From assembly GCA_002269645.1 (NCBI GenBank), contig NIVC01000848.1:1-64000 (forward strand): DNA of 64,000 nt, read 5' to 3'. Below the pieces are notes generated by a model, which made no database searches, was not told the DNA's origin, and worked only from the letters and a program-made list of their open reading frames with translations. This document shows, piece after piece, positions 62,510-64,000 of the stretch. Numbering within the stretch: the stretch's first letter is position 1; each line of letters starts with the position of its first letter. This DNA comes from Macrostomum lignano. Lineage: Eukaryota. The position numbers and the translations under genes were made by a program.

Positions 62510-64000
62510 CAGATACACAGGGATAGGGGACAGACACATTGATTTAGGGGACAGACACATTGATTTAGGGTACAGACAGACAGAGATAGGGGACAGACAC
62601 ATTGATTTAGGGTACAGACAGACAGAGATAGGGGACAGACACATTGATTTAGGGTACAGACAGACAGAGATAGGGGACAGACACATTGATTTAGGGTACA
62701 AACAGACAGAGATAGGGGACAGACACAGATATAGAAGTCAGACACAGAAATAGGGACACACAGATAGGGGACAGACACACACAGATAGGGGACAGACACA
62801 CACAGATAGGGGACAGACACACACAGATAGGAGACAGACACACACAGATAGGGGACAGACACACACAGATAGAGAACAGACACACACAGATAGAGAACAG
62901 ACACACAGATAGGGACAGACACACACAGATAGGGGACAGACACACACAGATAGGGGACAGACACACACAGATAGGGACAGACACACACAGGGGACAGACA
63001 CACACAGATAGGGACAGACACACACAGATAGGGGACAGACACACACAGATAGGGGACAGACACACACAGATAGGGGACAGACACACACAGATAGGGACAG
63101 ACACACACAGATAGAGAACAGACACACACACAGATAGGGACAGACACACACAGATAGGGGACAGACACACACAGATAGGGGACAGACACACACAGATAGG
63201 GGACAGACACACACAGATAGGGACAGACACACAGAGAGGGCACGCAGACACACACAGATAGGGGACAGACACACACAGATAGGAGACAGACACACAGAGA
63301 GGGCACGCAGACACACACAGATAGGGGACAGACACACACAGATAGGGGACAGACACACACAGATAGGGACAGACACACAGAGAGGGCACGCAGACACACA
63401 CAGATAGGGGACAGACACACACAGATAGGAGACAGACACACAGAGAGGGCACGCAGACACACACAGATAGGGGACAGACACACACAGATAGGGGACAGAC
63501 ACACACAGATAGGGACAGACACACAGAGAGGGCACGCAGACACACACAGATAGGGGACAGACACACACAGATAGGAGACAGACACACAGAGAGGGCACGC
63601 AGACACACACAGATAGGGGACAGACACACACAGATAGGGGACAGACACACACAGATAGGGGACAGACACACACAGATAGGGACAGACACACAGAGAGGGC
63701 ACGCAGACACACACAGATAGGGGACAGACACACACAGATAGGAGACAGACACACAGAGAGGGCACGCAGACACACACAGATAGGGGACAGACACACACAG
63801 ATAGAAGACAGACACACAGAGAGGGCACGCAGACACACACAGATAGGGGACAGACACACACAGATAGGGGACAGACACACACAGATAGGGGACAGACACA
63901 CACAGATAGGGACAGACACACAGAGAGGGCACGCAGACACACACAGATAGGGGACAGACACACACAGATAGGAGACAGACACACAGAGAGGGCACGCAGA
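62510..64000. repeat. ~21 bp minisatellite ACAGACACACACAGATAGGGG with higher-order GAGAGGGCACGC variants
   Basis: Directly visible; runs off the right edge. Confidence 0.93.

Overview
Eukaryotic (animal) genomic DNA, not prokaryotic. GC-rich, Ala-rich exons separated by minisatellite-filled introns suggest a free-living flatworm such as Macrostomum (inference from style only). Four spliced genes can be reconstructed by hand, all on the minus strand and all with phase-consistent junctions. (1) INTS1, Integrator subunit 1: 6 visible coding exons at 15371-4998, about 2065 aa, first exon not located, one GC-AG intron. (2) A 4-exon, 492-aa cytochrome P450-fold gene (27151-22451) that keeps the structural ExxR/PERF motifs but lacks the heme-ligating Cys and the other heme/catalytic residues; this candidate pseudoenzyme is the most notable object here. 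(3) HMX/NK5 homeobox gene (49056-45602, 563 aa, eh1 motif). (4) Scm/SCMH1-like Polycomb gene (62298-58801; 2 MBT + SAM, apparently no SLED domain). About 30 tandem-repeat arrays (roughly 23 kb, over a third of the window by hand estimate) fill every reconstructed intron and much intergenic space. There are also two TSD-flanked MITEs, a third MITE candidate and two copies of a tRNA-derived, CORE-like SINE. Most long ORFs in the supplied track are repeat or antisense artefacts. No database searches could be run; homology calls rest on recalled family motifs and repeat boundaries are approximate.
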